A stretch of DNA of 64,000 nucleotides from an uncultured Gemmatimonadales bacterium (lineage in GTDB: Bacteria > Gemmatimonadota > Gemmatimonadetes > Longimicrobiales > RSA9): contig CAWAMW010000016.1 in the NCBI GenBank assembly GCA_963783305.1, positions 224,001 to 288,000 of the forward strand, given 5' to 3'. Below, piece by piece: positions 31,337-43,402 of this stretch. The stretch's first letter is position 1. Each line of letters opens with the position of its first letter. The position numbers were made by a program, and so were the translations under genes. The notes beneath the pieces are model-generated. The model was not told the DNA's origin. It saw only the letters and a program-made list of their open reading frames with translations, and ran no database searches.

Positions 31337-32302
31337 CTATCTGGATTCGAGTTGCACGCCCAGCCGGTCGGCCAGGCGCGTGAGCATGTCCGCGACCATG
31401 GCGTCCAGGTCGTATTCGTGGCTCCAGCCCCACTCCTGGCGGGCCGCAGAGTCATCCACGCGGCGCGGCCAGCTTTCGGCGATCCGCTGGCGCGCCGGGT
31501 CGATGTCGTAGTGGATCTCGAACGCCGGCATGTGGACCTGGATCGCCCGGGCGAGCCGGACAGGCGTCAGCTGCATTGCCGCGACGTTGAAGGCGTTCCT
31601 GTGCCGGAGCGTGTCGGCGGGGGCATCCATGAGCTCCATGGCGGCGCGGAGCGCGTCCGGCATGTACATCATGTCCAGCTGGGTGTCGGGCTCGAGATAG
31701 CAGGTGTAGCGACCGTCCAGCAGTGCGGCGTGAAAGATCTGGACGGCGTAATCGGTGGTGCCGCCGCCCGGGGGCGCCGCGTAGCTGATGAGCCCCGGGT
31801 AGCGCAGTCCCCGCGCGTTCACTCCGAAGCGGGTGTGGTAGTAGTCGGCGAGCAGCTCCCCGGCCACCTTCGTGACGCCGTACATGGTATTGGGGCGCTG
31901 GATGGTGTCCTGCGGCGTCGGGTCGCCCGGCGTGTCCGGTCCGAAGGCGGCGATGGAGCTGGGTGTGAATACGTCGCATTCGTGGCGTCGGGCGGCCTCC
32001 AGGATGACGAAGAGGCCGTTCATGTTCACGTCCCACGCCTTCTGCGGCACTCCCTCGGCCGTGGCGGAGAGGATCGCCGCCAGGTGGTAGACGGTGTCGA
32101 TCCCCTCGTCGGTGATGACCGTCTCCACCGCGCCCTCGTCGGTGCAGTCGAGCTCGCGGAACCGGGCGCCGTTCGGGAGCGGGTCCGCCGGCTCCTTGAT
32201 GTCCGTCGCCACCACTTCCGCCCCTTCGTATCGTTCCAGAAGGGCAGGGACCAGCTCCGTGCCGATCTGACCCGACGCTCCCGTGACCAGGATCCGCTTC
32301 AT
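31337..32302 (-). CDS. tdh: L-threonine 3-dehydrogenase, SDR/epimerase type
   Basis: ILVTGASGQIG, HLAAILSA, PSSIAAFG, MYGVTK, PGGGTTDYAV, MMYMPD. Confidence 0.92.
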   Translation of the reverse strand: MKRILVTGASGQIGTELVPALLERYEGAEVVATDIKEPADPLPNGARFRELDCTDEGAVETVITDEGIDTVYHLAAILSATAEGVPQKAWDVNMNGLFVILEAARRHECDVFTPSSIAAFGPDTPGDPTPQDTIQRPNTMYGVTKVAGELLADYYHTRFGVNARGLRYPGLISYAAPPGGGTTDYAVQIFHAALLDGRYTCYLEPDTQLDMMYMPDALRAAMELMDAPADTLRHRNAFNVAAMQLTPVRLARAIQVHMPAFEIHYDIDPARQRIAESWPRRVDDSAARQEWGWSHEYDLDAMVADMLTRLADRLGVQLESR

Positions 32303-32458
32303 GTCGCGCCTCGAATGCTACGCTTCCGCGCCATCGTCCCGACCGAAGGATGGCGTTCGTGAGCTGTCGGCCGGCGGCTGATCGTACGTCGAGTGCGGCA
32401 CCACGGGCAAGGCAGTGCGGCGCCTCGGCGCGGCACGCCCGAGAGTGGGGGCTTCGGC

Positions 32459-33595
32459 TCAGTTCAACAGGATCTCCACCACCCGTCGCGCGATCCCCGC
32501 GTGCCCCACCCCACCCGTGTTGCCCAGAACCGAAACGGCAATGCCGTCATCGGGCAGGAGGATGAGCATCGCCGTGGCCCCCGTGGACCCGCCGCTGTGC
32601 GCGACCGCTCGCCGCCCCTCGATCTCCCCCACCGTCCACCCCAGCCCGTACGAGACCTCTCCCTCCGGGGTCTGGCGACGCCACATCTCCGCCCGCGCGG
32701 CGTCGCTCAGCACCGCGCCATCCGCCACGCCCAGCGCGAAGTTCACCAGGTCCGCGGCCGTGGCCACCAGGCCGCCGCCCGCCCACTTGTTCGACAGGTC
32801 CACCGCCGGCGCATTCAGCCAGCTACCGCTCCGTCCCCGGGAGTAGAACCGGGCGTGCCCGGCCAGCACAGAGTCCGCCCACTCCGGCCGGAGCCGGAGC
32901 AGGCCCAGCGGACGCGTCACCTCGTCCCGCAGGATCTCCACCCACGTCCGCGCCCCGTCGGCCGCCTCCGTCACCGCGCTCACCACCGTCCAGCCGTACG
33001 TCGAATAGCTGTAATCGGTGCCCGGCTCGAACAGCAGCGAGTCCGCCCAGAACACCGCCAGCGGCGCCCTCACGTCCTCGTAGCGCTCCGCGCTCAGGAA
33101 CTCAGCGCCCCGGTAGTGTCGCACGCCGGCCGTATGGCTCATGAGCTGGCGGGTGGTGATGCGCGCGTTGTCCACGGGGTACTCCGGCAGGTACGACGAG
33201 ATCGGCGCGTCCAGATCCAGCGCCCCCCGGTCCCACAGCGCCATGGCCGCCACCGCGGCGATCGGCTTCGAGATGGAGCCGACGCGGCTCAGCATCCCGC
33301 CATCGGCCTCTACCCGGTTCTGCAGGTCGGCGTAGCCGAACCCGCCGGTCCACGCCAGCCGACCGTCGACGGCGATGGCGGCGCTGAGGCCCGCGACCCC
33401 CGACGTGTCCTGGTGGACCCGGAGCGCTTCGACCGCGCGGGCGAGCCGATCCCCCACCGGCTCGCCGACGGGGGCGCCCAGCTGAGCCGCCGCGGGTGCC
33501 GCCGTGAGCGCCAGCGTGAGAAGGATGGCGGCGGCACGAGCCAGGAGGGCGGCGGGTCGGACGCGGGAGTGCGCGGCGCAGGCCATGGTCGTCAC
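32459..33595 (-). CDS. Serine hydrolase, beta-lactamase/AmpC-PBP4* family, exported
   Basis: SISK (SxxK), LMSHTAG, YSTYG, HSGG; signal peptide. Confidence 0.9.
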   Translation of the reverse strand: MTTMACAAHSRVRPAALLARAAAILLTLALTAAPAAAQLGAPVGEPVGDRLARAVEALRVHQDTSGVAGLSAAIAVDGRLAWTGGFGYADLQNRVEADGGMLSRVGSISKPIAAVAAMALWDRGALDLDAPISSYLPEYPVDNARITTRQLMSHTAGVRHYRGAEFLSAERYEDVRAPLAVFWADSLLFEPGTDYSYSTYGWTVVSAVTEAADGARTWVEILRDEVTRPLGLLRLRPEWADSVLAGHARFYSRGRSGSWLNAPAVDLSNKWAGGGLVATAADLVNFALGVADGAVLSDAARAEMWRRQTPEGEVSYGLGWTVGEIEGRRAVAHSGGSTGATAMLILLPDDGIAVSVLGNTGGVGHAGIARRVVEILLN

Positions 33596-34785
33596 AGCTC
33601 CCGCAGGCGTCTACCCGCCTCTTCCAGCGTCTGGATCTTCTTGCAGAAAGCGAAGCGGATGAGGTCGCGGCCGGCGGCGGGGTCGTGGAAGAAGCTGGAG
33701 CCGGGCACGGCCGCGACGCCGATCCCCGCGGCCATGCGTCGGGCGAAGGTGTCGGAGTCGGCGTCGCTGAGGCCGGAGAACCCGGCGAGGATGTAGTAGG
33801 CGCCCTCGGGTGCGGAGCAGTCGAAGCCGGCGGTCACGAGGGCGTGGTGGAGCACGTCGCGTCGCTCTCGATAGTCCTGGGCGAGCCCGCTGTAGTAGCC
33901 GTCCTCCAGCGTCTCGAGTCCCGCGGCCACGGCGTCCTGGAGCGGTGCCGGCGCGCCCACGGTGAGGAAGTCGTGGACCTTCCGGATCGCGTCGGTGAGG
34001 TCCGGCGGCGCCACGATCCAGCCCACGCGCCAGCCGGTCACGCTGAACGTCTTCGATGCCCCGCTGATGGTGACCGTCCGCTCCCGCATCCCGTCCAGCG
34101 TGGCCAGCGGGATGTGGTCTCCGTCATAACGGATGTGCTCGTAGATCTCGTCGGTGAAGGCGATGGCGTCGTGACGACGGCACAGCTCCGCCACCGCCTC
34201 CAGCTCCACACGCGTGAACACGTGGCCGGTGGGGTTGTTCGGCGTGTTCAGAACGATGGCGCGGGTCCGATCGCTGAACGCAGCCCGGAGCCGGTCCAGG
34301 TCGAGAGCGAACGAGAGCCCGCCACCGTGCGCGCCGCCGTCGTGGCTGCGCTCCATGGGCACCCAGACCGGGGTGGCGCCGCACAGGATCGCGTCCGGGC
34401 CGTAGTTCTCGTAGAACGGCTCGATGAGCACCACCTCGTCGCCCGGGTCCACCACCGCCAGGAGCGCCGCGGCCATGGCCTCCGTGGCGCCACATGTCAC
34501 GGTGAGCTCCCGGTCCGGATCCAGCGACCAGTCATACCAGCGACCATACACCTCGTGCAGCGCCCGACGCACCCGCGGCGACCCCCAGGTCACCGCGTAC
34601 TGGTTCAGATCACGCCGGATCGCCTCGCACGCGGCCGCCTTGAGCGCCTCCGGCGCAGGAAAGTCGGGGAACCCCTGCGCCAGGTTCAGCGCCTCATGCA
34701 TGTCGGCGACGCGCGTCATCTCGCGGATCACCGATTCGGTGAAGCCGTGCGTCCGGCGGGCGGTGCGGAGGGGTAGGCTCATCAT
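33592..34785 (-). CDS. Class I/II PLP aminotransferase (YbdL/kynurenine-aminotransferase-like)
   Basis: NLAQGFPDF, NTPNNPTG, DEIYE, SKTFSVTGWRVG, RFAFCK. Confidence 0.92.
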   Translation of the reverse strand: MMSLPLRTARRTHGFTESVIREMTRVADMHEALNLAQGFPDFPAPEALKAAACEAIRRDLNQYAVTWGSPRVRRALHEVYGRWYDWSLDPDRELTVTCGATEAMAAALLAVVDPGDEVVLIEPFYENYGPDAILCGATPVWVPMERSHDGGAHGGGLSFALDLDRLRAAFSDRTRAIVLNTPNNPTGHVFTRVELEAVAELCRRHDAIAFTDEIYEHIRYDGDHIPLATLDGMRERTVTISGASKTFSVTGWRVGWIVAPPDLTDAIRKVHDFLTVGAPAPLQDAVAAGLETLEDGYYSGLAQDYRERRDVLHHALVTAGFDCSAPEGAYYILAGFSGLSDADSDTFARRMAAGIGVAAVPGSSFFHDPAAGRDLIRFAFCKKIQTLEEAGRRLREL

Positions 34786-35306
34786 GCTCCGGCTGGGCTT
34801 CGGCCGCGTACGGCCAGGGGCGGAGGCCAGATGGGAGCGTAGATAACACCGTCGCGCCAGGCAAGTCTGGACCACCTTCTCAGCCGCGCCTGCTGGATCG
34901 TTCCCGCAAGGGACGACGGTCTCGTGGCCGCCGCCTGTCCCGACCTGCAGCCGCTACGCCCCTCCACCCTGTTCATGACTCGCCGCCGAGATGCCGTCCG
35001 GCCGCACCCTCCTCTTCATCGAGCGCCCCCGCACCGCCCGCCCCGAGGAAGGCGATGACACGCCGCCACGCCGCTACTGGATCCCCTTCTGGAAATACGC
35101 GTTCGGCGCGGAGATCGATGTTCGATGCGATGCTCGAGGCGCTGATCGAGGCGATTCAGTGAGGGGCTCGATGCGATGACCGAGGATCGAGGATCGATGC
35201 GAAGCTCGATGATCGCTCGCCCCGAGTTTGCATCCAGTAGAGAAATGCCGGAGAATACGCTCCTGGTACACCGAGGGCGTACGCGATTTCATTCGAGGGA
35301 CATGTC

Positions 35307-38009
<2,703 letters not shown>

Positions 38010-38021
38010 CCTTACCGCGAA

Positions 38022-38263
38022 CACGGACGGTGCACCGGACGCCGGTTTTCCTCCAGGGAAAGCCGGCGTCCGGCGCTTTCCGGGGGCGGAATCGCTGATT
38101 CACGGGGGCTAGATGGGCCAGCTGCATGGCCGAGCGAGTCAAAACCGGCGATTGGTGCACCGTCCGCAGAGCGGGACTGGTCAAATCTGCCGGTCAACCC
38201 CGATTCATTGGGACGCGGGCCTTGCCAAACGAGCCAAAACCGGCGAATGGTGCACCGTCCGCA
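38022..38263. repeat. Cluster of three copies of the 28-bp dispersed repeat (one inverted, two direct)
   Basis: Inverted degenerate copy 38022-38049 (23/28), exact copy 38141-38168, one-mismatch copy 38236-38263; hairpin GGAAAGC...GCTTTCC at 38057-38081. Confidence 0.85.
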
Positions 38264-38291
38264 GGCGAGCGCGAACTCCCCCTGTGACGCC

Positions 38292-39359
38292 ATGTACGCC
38301 ACCTGCATCTTCTGCAGCACCCGTCTCGGCACCAACGAAGTCATCGAGGAGTTTCCCGTGGGGCGGCGCCTGGCGTTCGATCCGCGCAAGGGCCGGCTCT
38401 GGGCGCTCTGCCCGCGCTGCCGGCAGTGGAACCTCTCGCCGATCGAGGAGCGTTGGGAGGCGCTGGAATCGCTGGAGCGGCTCTACCGCGACACCGCCAC
38501 CCGCTACAGCACGGGTGAGGTCGGCCTCGCCCGCCACGCGGAGGGCCTCGAGGTGGTTCGCATCGGTCGACCCGAGCTCCCCGAGTATGCCTCCTGGCGC
38601 TACGGCGCCGAGCTTTCCCGTCGTCGGCGGCGGGCGGTGCTGATCGGCGCGGGCGCGGTCGCGGTGGGCGGGCTGGCCCTCGGTGGAATAGGGACCGGAA
38701 TCATCGCGGGCGGCGCGGTGTCCCTGCTGAACGTGGCCAGCGGTGGCGCGAACCTCTACCGGAACGTCCTTCGAAACGCGGCCACCCTGGAGCTGCCGGA
38801 GGGGGGCCGAGCGGTGCTGAAGCAGCGGCACGCCGAGCGGGCGGCCATCGCGAGAGAAGGGGACGCGTGGGCGCTCTCCTTTCCGTACCTGATCCCTGCC
38901 GCCGGCCTCAGTATCCATGCGGTCCGGTGGGCTGCCGGTGCGCTCAACGTGAAGAACGACCCCGTCGCCACCCTGACCGGCGATGAGGCCGTTCGGGCCG
39001 CCGGGCGTATCCTGCCGGCGCTGAACCGCGCGGGGGCCTCCAGTCGCGCGATCGACCAGGCGGCTCGGTTCGTACAGGAGAACCCGTCCGCCTACGACGC
39101 CTTCCTCCGGGCGGTGGGCACGGTGCCATCCGCCTGGCGAGCCCTCCACTCCCCGTTGACGTCGCCGCAGAACGCCCTGTACCGCCTCCCCGGACCCGTC
39201 CGACTCGGTCTCGAGATGGCCGCCCACGAAGACGCGGAACGCCGGGCGCTGGAAGGCGAGCTCGCCCGGCTCCAGGCCGAGTGGCGGGAGGCCGAGGAGA
39301 TCGCCGCAATCGCCGACGACCTGCTCCTGCCCGACCGCGCCCGCCGCTTCTTCCGCTAG
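38292..39359 (+). CDS. Hypothetical protein: N-terminal CxxC...CxxC Zn-ribbon, central hydrophobic segment, C-terminal coiled coil
   Basis: MYATCIFC...LCPRCRQWNL; GAGAVAVGGLALGG; EWREAEEIAAIAD. Confidence 0.8.
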   Translation: MYATCIFCSTRLGTNEVIEEFPVGRRLAFDPRKGRLWALCPRCRQWNLSPIEERWEALESLERLYRDTATRYSTGEVGLARHAEGLEVVRIGRPELPEYASWRYGAELSRRRRRAVLIGAGAVAVGGLALGGIGTGIIAGGAVSLLNVASGGANLYRNVLRNAATLELPEGGRAVLKQRHAERAAIAREGDAWALSFPYLIPAAGLSIHAVRWAAGALNVKNDPVATLTGDEAVRAAGRILPALNRAGASSRAIDQAARFVQENPSAYDAFLRAVGTVPSAWRALHSPLTSPQNALYRLPGPVRLGLEMAAHEDAERRALEGELARLQAEWREAEEIAAIADDLLLPDRARRFFR

Positions 39360-39430
39360 GGCCTTTCCCTCCGGTCCTCGCCCGTTAACTTCCCGCTCGA
39401 CACGAGCCACGGGGCGGGAGAGCGAGCACC

Positions 39431-39790
39431 ATGAGGCAGAACGTACGACCCGAGCGGGTGGAGCCCACCGAGAACGGCAGGCGCCTGCGCATCGTCTGGC
39501 GGGACGGCCACGTGACGGAGCTGCGGCCGCGGGCCATACGGCTGGCGTGCCCATGCGCGGGGTGCGTGGACGAGTTCACGGGGAAGCCGATCCTGAACCC
39601 GGCGGCGGTCCCGTCGGACATCAACCCGGTGTCCATCGACTACGTGGGCCGCTACGCCCTCAAGTTCGTCTGGCCCGATGGCCACGACACCGGCATGTAC
39701 CCCTGGGACCTGCTGCGCTCCCTCTGCGAATGCGACGAGTGCGCCGTGGACATCCCCGACCACCCCCGGCCTCGCGGTGGGGAGGAATAG
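39431..39790 (+). CDS. DUF971 (GBBH N-terminal-like) protein
   Basis: IVWRDGH, RLACPCAGC, VGRYALKFVWPDGHDTGMY. Confidence 0.9.
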   Translation: MRQNVRPERVEPTENGRRLRIVWRDGHVTELRPRAIRLACPCAGCVDEFTGKPILNPAAVPSDINPVSIDYVGRYALKFVWPDGHDTGMYPWDLLRSLCECDECAVDIPDHPRPRGGEE

Positions 39791-39794
39791 AACC

Positions 39795-40466
39795 ATGGGC
39801 GTGAGATCGATGATCCGCGGGCTCTTCACGGCGGGGCAGGGCGTGATCGCTGGAGTGGACGAGGCCGCCCTGGCGGAAGAGGACGCCGGTCGGGATCCCC
39901 TGGTCCTCTTCGACCGCTGGTTCTCCGAGGCCCGCGACGCGGGCATCTACCTGTACGAGGCCATGACCGTCGCGACCGCCACCGCCGATGGCCTCCCGTC
40001 GGCCCGCCAGGTCCTCCTCAAGGACCACGGCCCCGATGGCTTCGTCTTCTACACGAATTACGACAGCCGGAAGGCCGCCGAGCTCGAGGCGAACCCGCGC
40101 GCCGCGCTCCTCCTGCACTGGCCCACCCTCCACCGCCAGGTCCGGGTCGAGGGTCGCGTGGAGCGGACCACGACCGCGGAGTCCGAGGCCTACCACCGGA
40201 GCCGACCCCGCGGCAGCCGGATCGCCGCCTGGGCCTCCCGGCAGAGCGCCGAGATCGACAGCCGCGCCGCCCTCGAGGCGCGCTTCCGCGAGTGCGACGC
40301 CGAGCACCCCGGCGAGGACGTCCCGCTGCCACCCTTCTGGGGCGGCTATCGCGTGATCCCCGAGCACATCGAGTTCTGGCAGGGCCGCGCCAATCGGATG
40401 CACGACCGGATCGTCTACCGCCGCGAGGGGGAAGGGAAGTGGGAAGTCGTCCGCCTCTCCCCCTGA
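39795..40466 (+). CDS. pdxH: Pyridoxine/pyridoxamine 5'-phosphate oxidase
   Basis: PSARQVLLK, FYTNYDSRK, RQVRVEG, SRPRGS, EFWQGRANRMHDR. Confidence 0.96.
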   Translation: MGVRSMIRGLFTAGQGVIAGVDEAALAEEDAGRDPLVLFDRWFSEARDAGIYLYEAMTVATATADGLPSARQVLLKDHGPDGFVFYTNYDSRKAAELEANPRAALLLHWPTLHRQVRVEGRVERTTTAESEAYHRSRPRGSRIAAWASRQSAEIDSRAALEARFRECDAEHPGEDVPLPPFWGGYRVIPEHIEFWQGRANRMHDRIVYRREGEGKWEVVRLSP

Positions 40467-40523
40467 CGATCACCCCCCACGCGAGGCGAAGCCGAGCAGT
40501 AGAGAGCGAGCGCCAGCGAGCGG

Positions 40524-40608
40524 TCGATAGCGGTCGCGAAGCGCCGCGCTCGATAGCTGGCGCGGAGCGCCGCGTTCGATAGCTGGCGCGGAGCGCCGCG
40601 CTCGATAG
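40524..40608. repeat. 26-bp tandem repeat, about 3.3 units (TCGATAGCTGGCGCGGAGCGCCGCGY)
   Basis: TCGATAG starts at 40524, 40550, 40576 and 40602; lies between convergent genes. Confidence 0.85.
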
Positions 40609-40628
40609 GGAGCGACGCGACCGTTCGC

Positions 40629-41717
40629 TCACCACCACCCCGCCGCCTCCACCGCCCACTCCCGCTCCACCCCGCCATCGCGGACGCCATAGACCCGCGG
40701 CTGCAGGTTCACCGACACGCACACGTGGTTCGGTATGATGCGCACCCGGTCGCCCACCGCCGGACGCCAGTCGCTGCGGCCCAGGTCCAGCACCCCGTGC
40801 TCCTCCGACATCCGCGTCACCACCACCTCGGGGTGGTCCAGGAGCTGTCCGAAGCCCCCGTGCCCTTCCGCGCGGAACGGGTCGCTGGACAGCGCCTTCG
40901 ACCCCGCGTCCACCACCGCCTGCCCCGCCACCGCCGTGCTCACCACCGTCGCCAGCACCGTATAGGCGCAGTCGTCCCAGTCGCACGCACCGAGGGCCGC
41001 GGTCGTGCGGTCGTTGAAGACGTAGGTCCCGGGCCGGATCTCCGTCTGGTGCGGGACCTCGTGCGATCGGAAGGCCGTGGGGGTCGAGCCCCCGCTCACG
41101 ATCTCCGGCGCCAGCCCGTCGTCACCCAGCCGCTGGACCGTCTCCGCGAGCGTGCCCGCCAGGGCCGCGAGCTTCTCGTCCTGCTCCTCCACGCGCTCGC
41201 GGATGTGGCCGGGATAGAACATGAGGCCGCGGTACACGGCGCCGTCCCCGCACGCCCGGGCGATCTCCGCCGCCTCGGCCGGGTCGTGTACGCCGCACCG
41301 GCGCATCCCGACGTCGAGTTCCACAAGCACTCCCACGGAATGGCCCAGGCCCGACGCGGCGAGCGCCGCCTGCAGCGACCGCACGGCGGTCACCGAGTCC
41401 AGGGCGATCAGCGTCGGCCGTTCCCCCGCCAGCCGCGCTACCGCCCCGGCCCGCGCTCCCAGCGCCGGGTACGCCACGAGCACCTCCGGCGCCGCGGGTC
41501 CGACTCGCTCCGCCTCGATCGGCGTGGCGACCGTCACCCCGGCCGCCCCGAGCCTCACCTGTGACTCCGCAAGCCAGCGCGACTTGTGAGTCTTGATGTG
41601 CGGCCGAAGCCGCAGCCCATGCGCGTCCACATACCGCTGCATGTGCTCCAGGTTCGACTCCAGCCGGTCCAGGTCCACCAGCGCCGCCGGCGTTCGGATC
41701 TCTTCGTAATGGCTCAT
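40629..41717 (-). CDS. D-threonine aldolase / D-serine dehydratase family (fold-type III PLP enzyme)
   Basis: TPAALVD, LRPHIKTHK, VSGGSTPT, EIRPGTYVFND, VDAGSK, SEEHG, IPNHVC. Confidence 0.92.
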   Translation of the reverse strand: MSHYEEIRTPAALVDLDRLESNLEHMQRYVDAHGLRLRPHIKTHKSRWLAESQVRLGAAGVTVATPIEAERVGPAAPEVLVAYPALGARAGAVARLAGERPTLIALDSVTAVRSLQAALAASGLGHSVGVLVELDVGMRRCGVHDPAEAAEIARACGDGAVYRGLMFYPGHIRERVEEQDEKLAALAGTLAETVQRLGDDGLAPEIVSGGSTPTAFRSHEVPHQTEIRPGTYVFNDRTTAALGACDWDDCAYTVLATVVSTAVAGQAVVDAGSKALSSDPFRAEGHGGFGQLLDHPEVVVTRMSEEHGVLDLGRSDWRPAVGDRVRIIPNHVCVSVNLQPRVYGVRDGGVEREWAVEAAGWW

Positions 41718-41817
41718 TGCCCCAACCTCAGGGCGCCGGCCCTGTCCGGCAATCCCTGACCGGCACGCGCCGTGCAAGCCGACCCCGTCCGTGGACGCGT
41801 CACCATAGGAGCAGGGG

Positions 41818-42210
41818 ATGAAGAACAGGCAGTCGGCATGCACAGAGCGCTATCGGCAGGAGGGGCTGCGTGAGCTCGCAGCCGAGCTGAGGGAGTTCAG
41901 CTACGACGGACTGGTCCTCCTCGAGGAGGATCTCAGCGCGGAACGGGTGACCCGGGGTAGCTGGGCGGGGTGCGTACTTTCCTACAAGCGCGGCGCCGCT
42001 GGCTCCACCCGCCGCGACCGGCTCGGGCGCGCCCGCAACGCGCTCACCGTCCTCTGGGACAGCGGCTGGTTCAGCGAGGAGGAAATCCTCGCCGCGGTCA
42101 CGCGGGAACTGGTGCGGAGGGGCGTCCAGCACCCCCGCGACGACGTCGCGGACCCGAGCGAGCCAAAGACGAGGCCGGACGTTGTCGCGGCCGCGAGCGC
42201 GCCGAGCTGA
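41818..42210 (+). CDS. Hypothetical protein
   Basis: AGGAG upstream; 130-aa ORF divergent from the aldolase gene. Confidence 0.6.
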   Translation: MKNRQSACTERYRQEGLRELAAELREFSYDGLVLLEEDLSAERVTRGSWAGCVLSYKRGAAGSTRRDRLGRARNALTVLWDSGWFSEEEILAAVTRELVRRGVQHPRDDVADPSEPKTRPDVVAAASAPS

Positions 42211-42237
42211 CCCCCGGCCGCGTCGCCTTCGGCCGCT

Positions 42238-42627
42238 TCATTCGCTCCGGAACGCCTCCCGCTGCTCCGGAAGGATCGGCTGACGGCCGGCGAACCCCGC
42301 GTCCACCTGGTGCCACCATCCGATCTCCGGCTCGCCGTACTTCCAGCACAGGAGCACGGCGCGGCCGGCGTAGCGGCTGTGCCAGTCCACCAGGCCCTCG
42401 CCAAATCCCTTGAACTGGCACCCGAGCTCGTGCAGCTCCGACACCAGCTCCTCGATCGCCTCCGCCCGCTGCCGGACCTCGGCGCCGTCCCGGTCCCCGG
42501 CGGCCATGAGCGGCTCCAGCTCCCGGTACTGCTCCAGGATGTCCTCTACGATCCGCCGCACCAGGGGGAGCGTTCGGTTGGCCTCGTCGTAGGAGAATAA
42601 ACGGGGGTCTGGATGGGTTCCGCGCAT
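42238..42627 (-). CDS. DUF2203 family protein
   Basis: FSYDEANRTLP, GLVDW, LCWKYGE, WWH...AGFAGRQPI. Confidence 0.9.
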   Translation of the reverse strand: MRGTHPDPRLFSYDEANRTLPLVRRIVEDILEQYRELEPLMAAGDRDGAEVRQRAEAIEELVSELHELGCQFKGFGEGLVDWHSRYAGRAVLLCWKYGEPEIGWWHQVDAGFAGRQPILPEQREAFRSE

Positions 42628-42777
42628 GGGGTAGGATACCCTGATCGCCCATGGCGGTCGAGGGGCCGGCCGCGGGATGAAGGATGCTTCACCCGCCCTT
42701 CACGACCTCCTCACGACACCCCCGCTAGTGTGGAGTCTTGCGGGGGGTGCGCCGGCGGACACGCGGAGCGGGGGAGT

Positions 42778-43197
42778 ATGCGCAGGTCGACCGTGGTGAT
42801 CGTGCTCGCCTTGATCGGCGCCGTCCTGATCGGCGTCCGGCGCGCCCGGCATGAGCACGAGGGCCGGCGGATGGATGCGGTGGAGACCAGTCGCATCCGG
42901 GACTGGGCGCGCAGCGAGGGTGGCGCGGGTATCAGTGTCCTGCCGAAACGCGTGCCGGCCGCCGACTCGCGGGAGCTGCGAAAGATCGAAGACCTCCCCG
43001 GCTTCCACGAGTATGCCATGCGCTGCTCCTCCTGCCACGTCCTCCCGGACCCGGCCGCGTACCCCGCCGACCGCTGGCCAGGGAAGGTCCACGAGATGCG
43101 CGAGCACATCCAGAGATCCGGGATGCTGCCGCCGCCCGAGTCCGAGCTGGAGCAGGCGCGGCGGTTCCTCCGCGCGGCGGCCGACTCGCTCCGGTAG
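42778..43197 (+). CDS. Membrane-anchored monoheme cytochrome c
   Basis: GGGAG RBS; N-terminal TM; CSSCH heme motif with downstream W..KVHEM. Confidence 0.75.
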   Translation: MRRSTVVIVLALIGAVLIGVRRARHEHEGRRMDAVETSRIRDWARSEGGAGISVLPKRVPAADSRELRKIEDLPGFHEYAMRCSSCHVLPDPAAYPADRWPGKVHEMREHIQRSGMLPPPESELEQARRFLRAAADSLR

Positions 43198-43402
43198 GTC
43201 AACGGCACTCGATCCACGCCGGACGGTCCTCGTGTGGCACGAGCGCGCAGCGTCACGTAGTATGACCTTCGGGCGTGCGCAGCAGGGATGCGCCGTGTGT
43301 GGTGCCGGCCTCGCTCCCGATCCGGCAGCTACACGATACGGCAGCACTTCGCAGCCGCCCACGCCAGCCCACAATCTCCCTCGCACATCGGCTCCATCCA
43401 CG

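Noticed and set aside
32459..33595. True beta-lactam resistance gene
   Set aside because: Generic serine hydrolase motifs (SISK, YST, HSG) without class-specific beta-lactamase signatures
38141..38263. CRISPR array from two 28-bp direct repeats
   Set aside because: Only two direct copies, a 67-bp gap, one inverted copy, a distant solo copy and no cas genes
40524..40608. CRISPR array from the 26-bp periodic repeat
   Set aside because: Units are contiguous with no unique spacers
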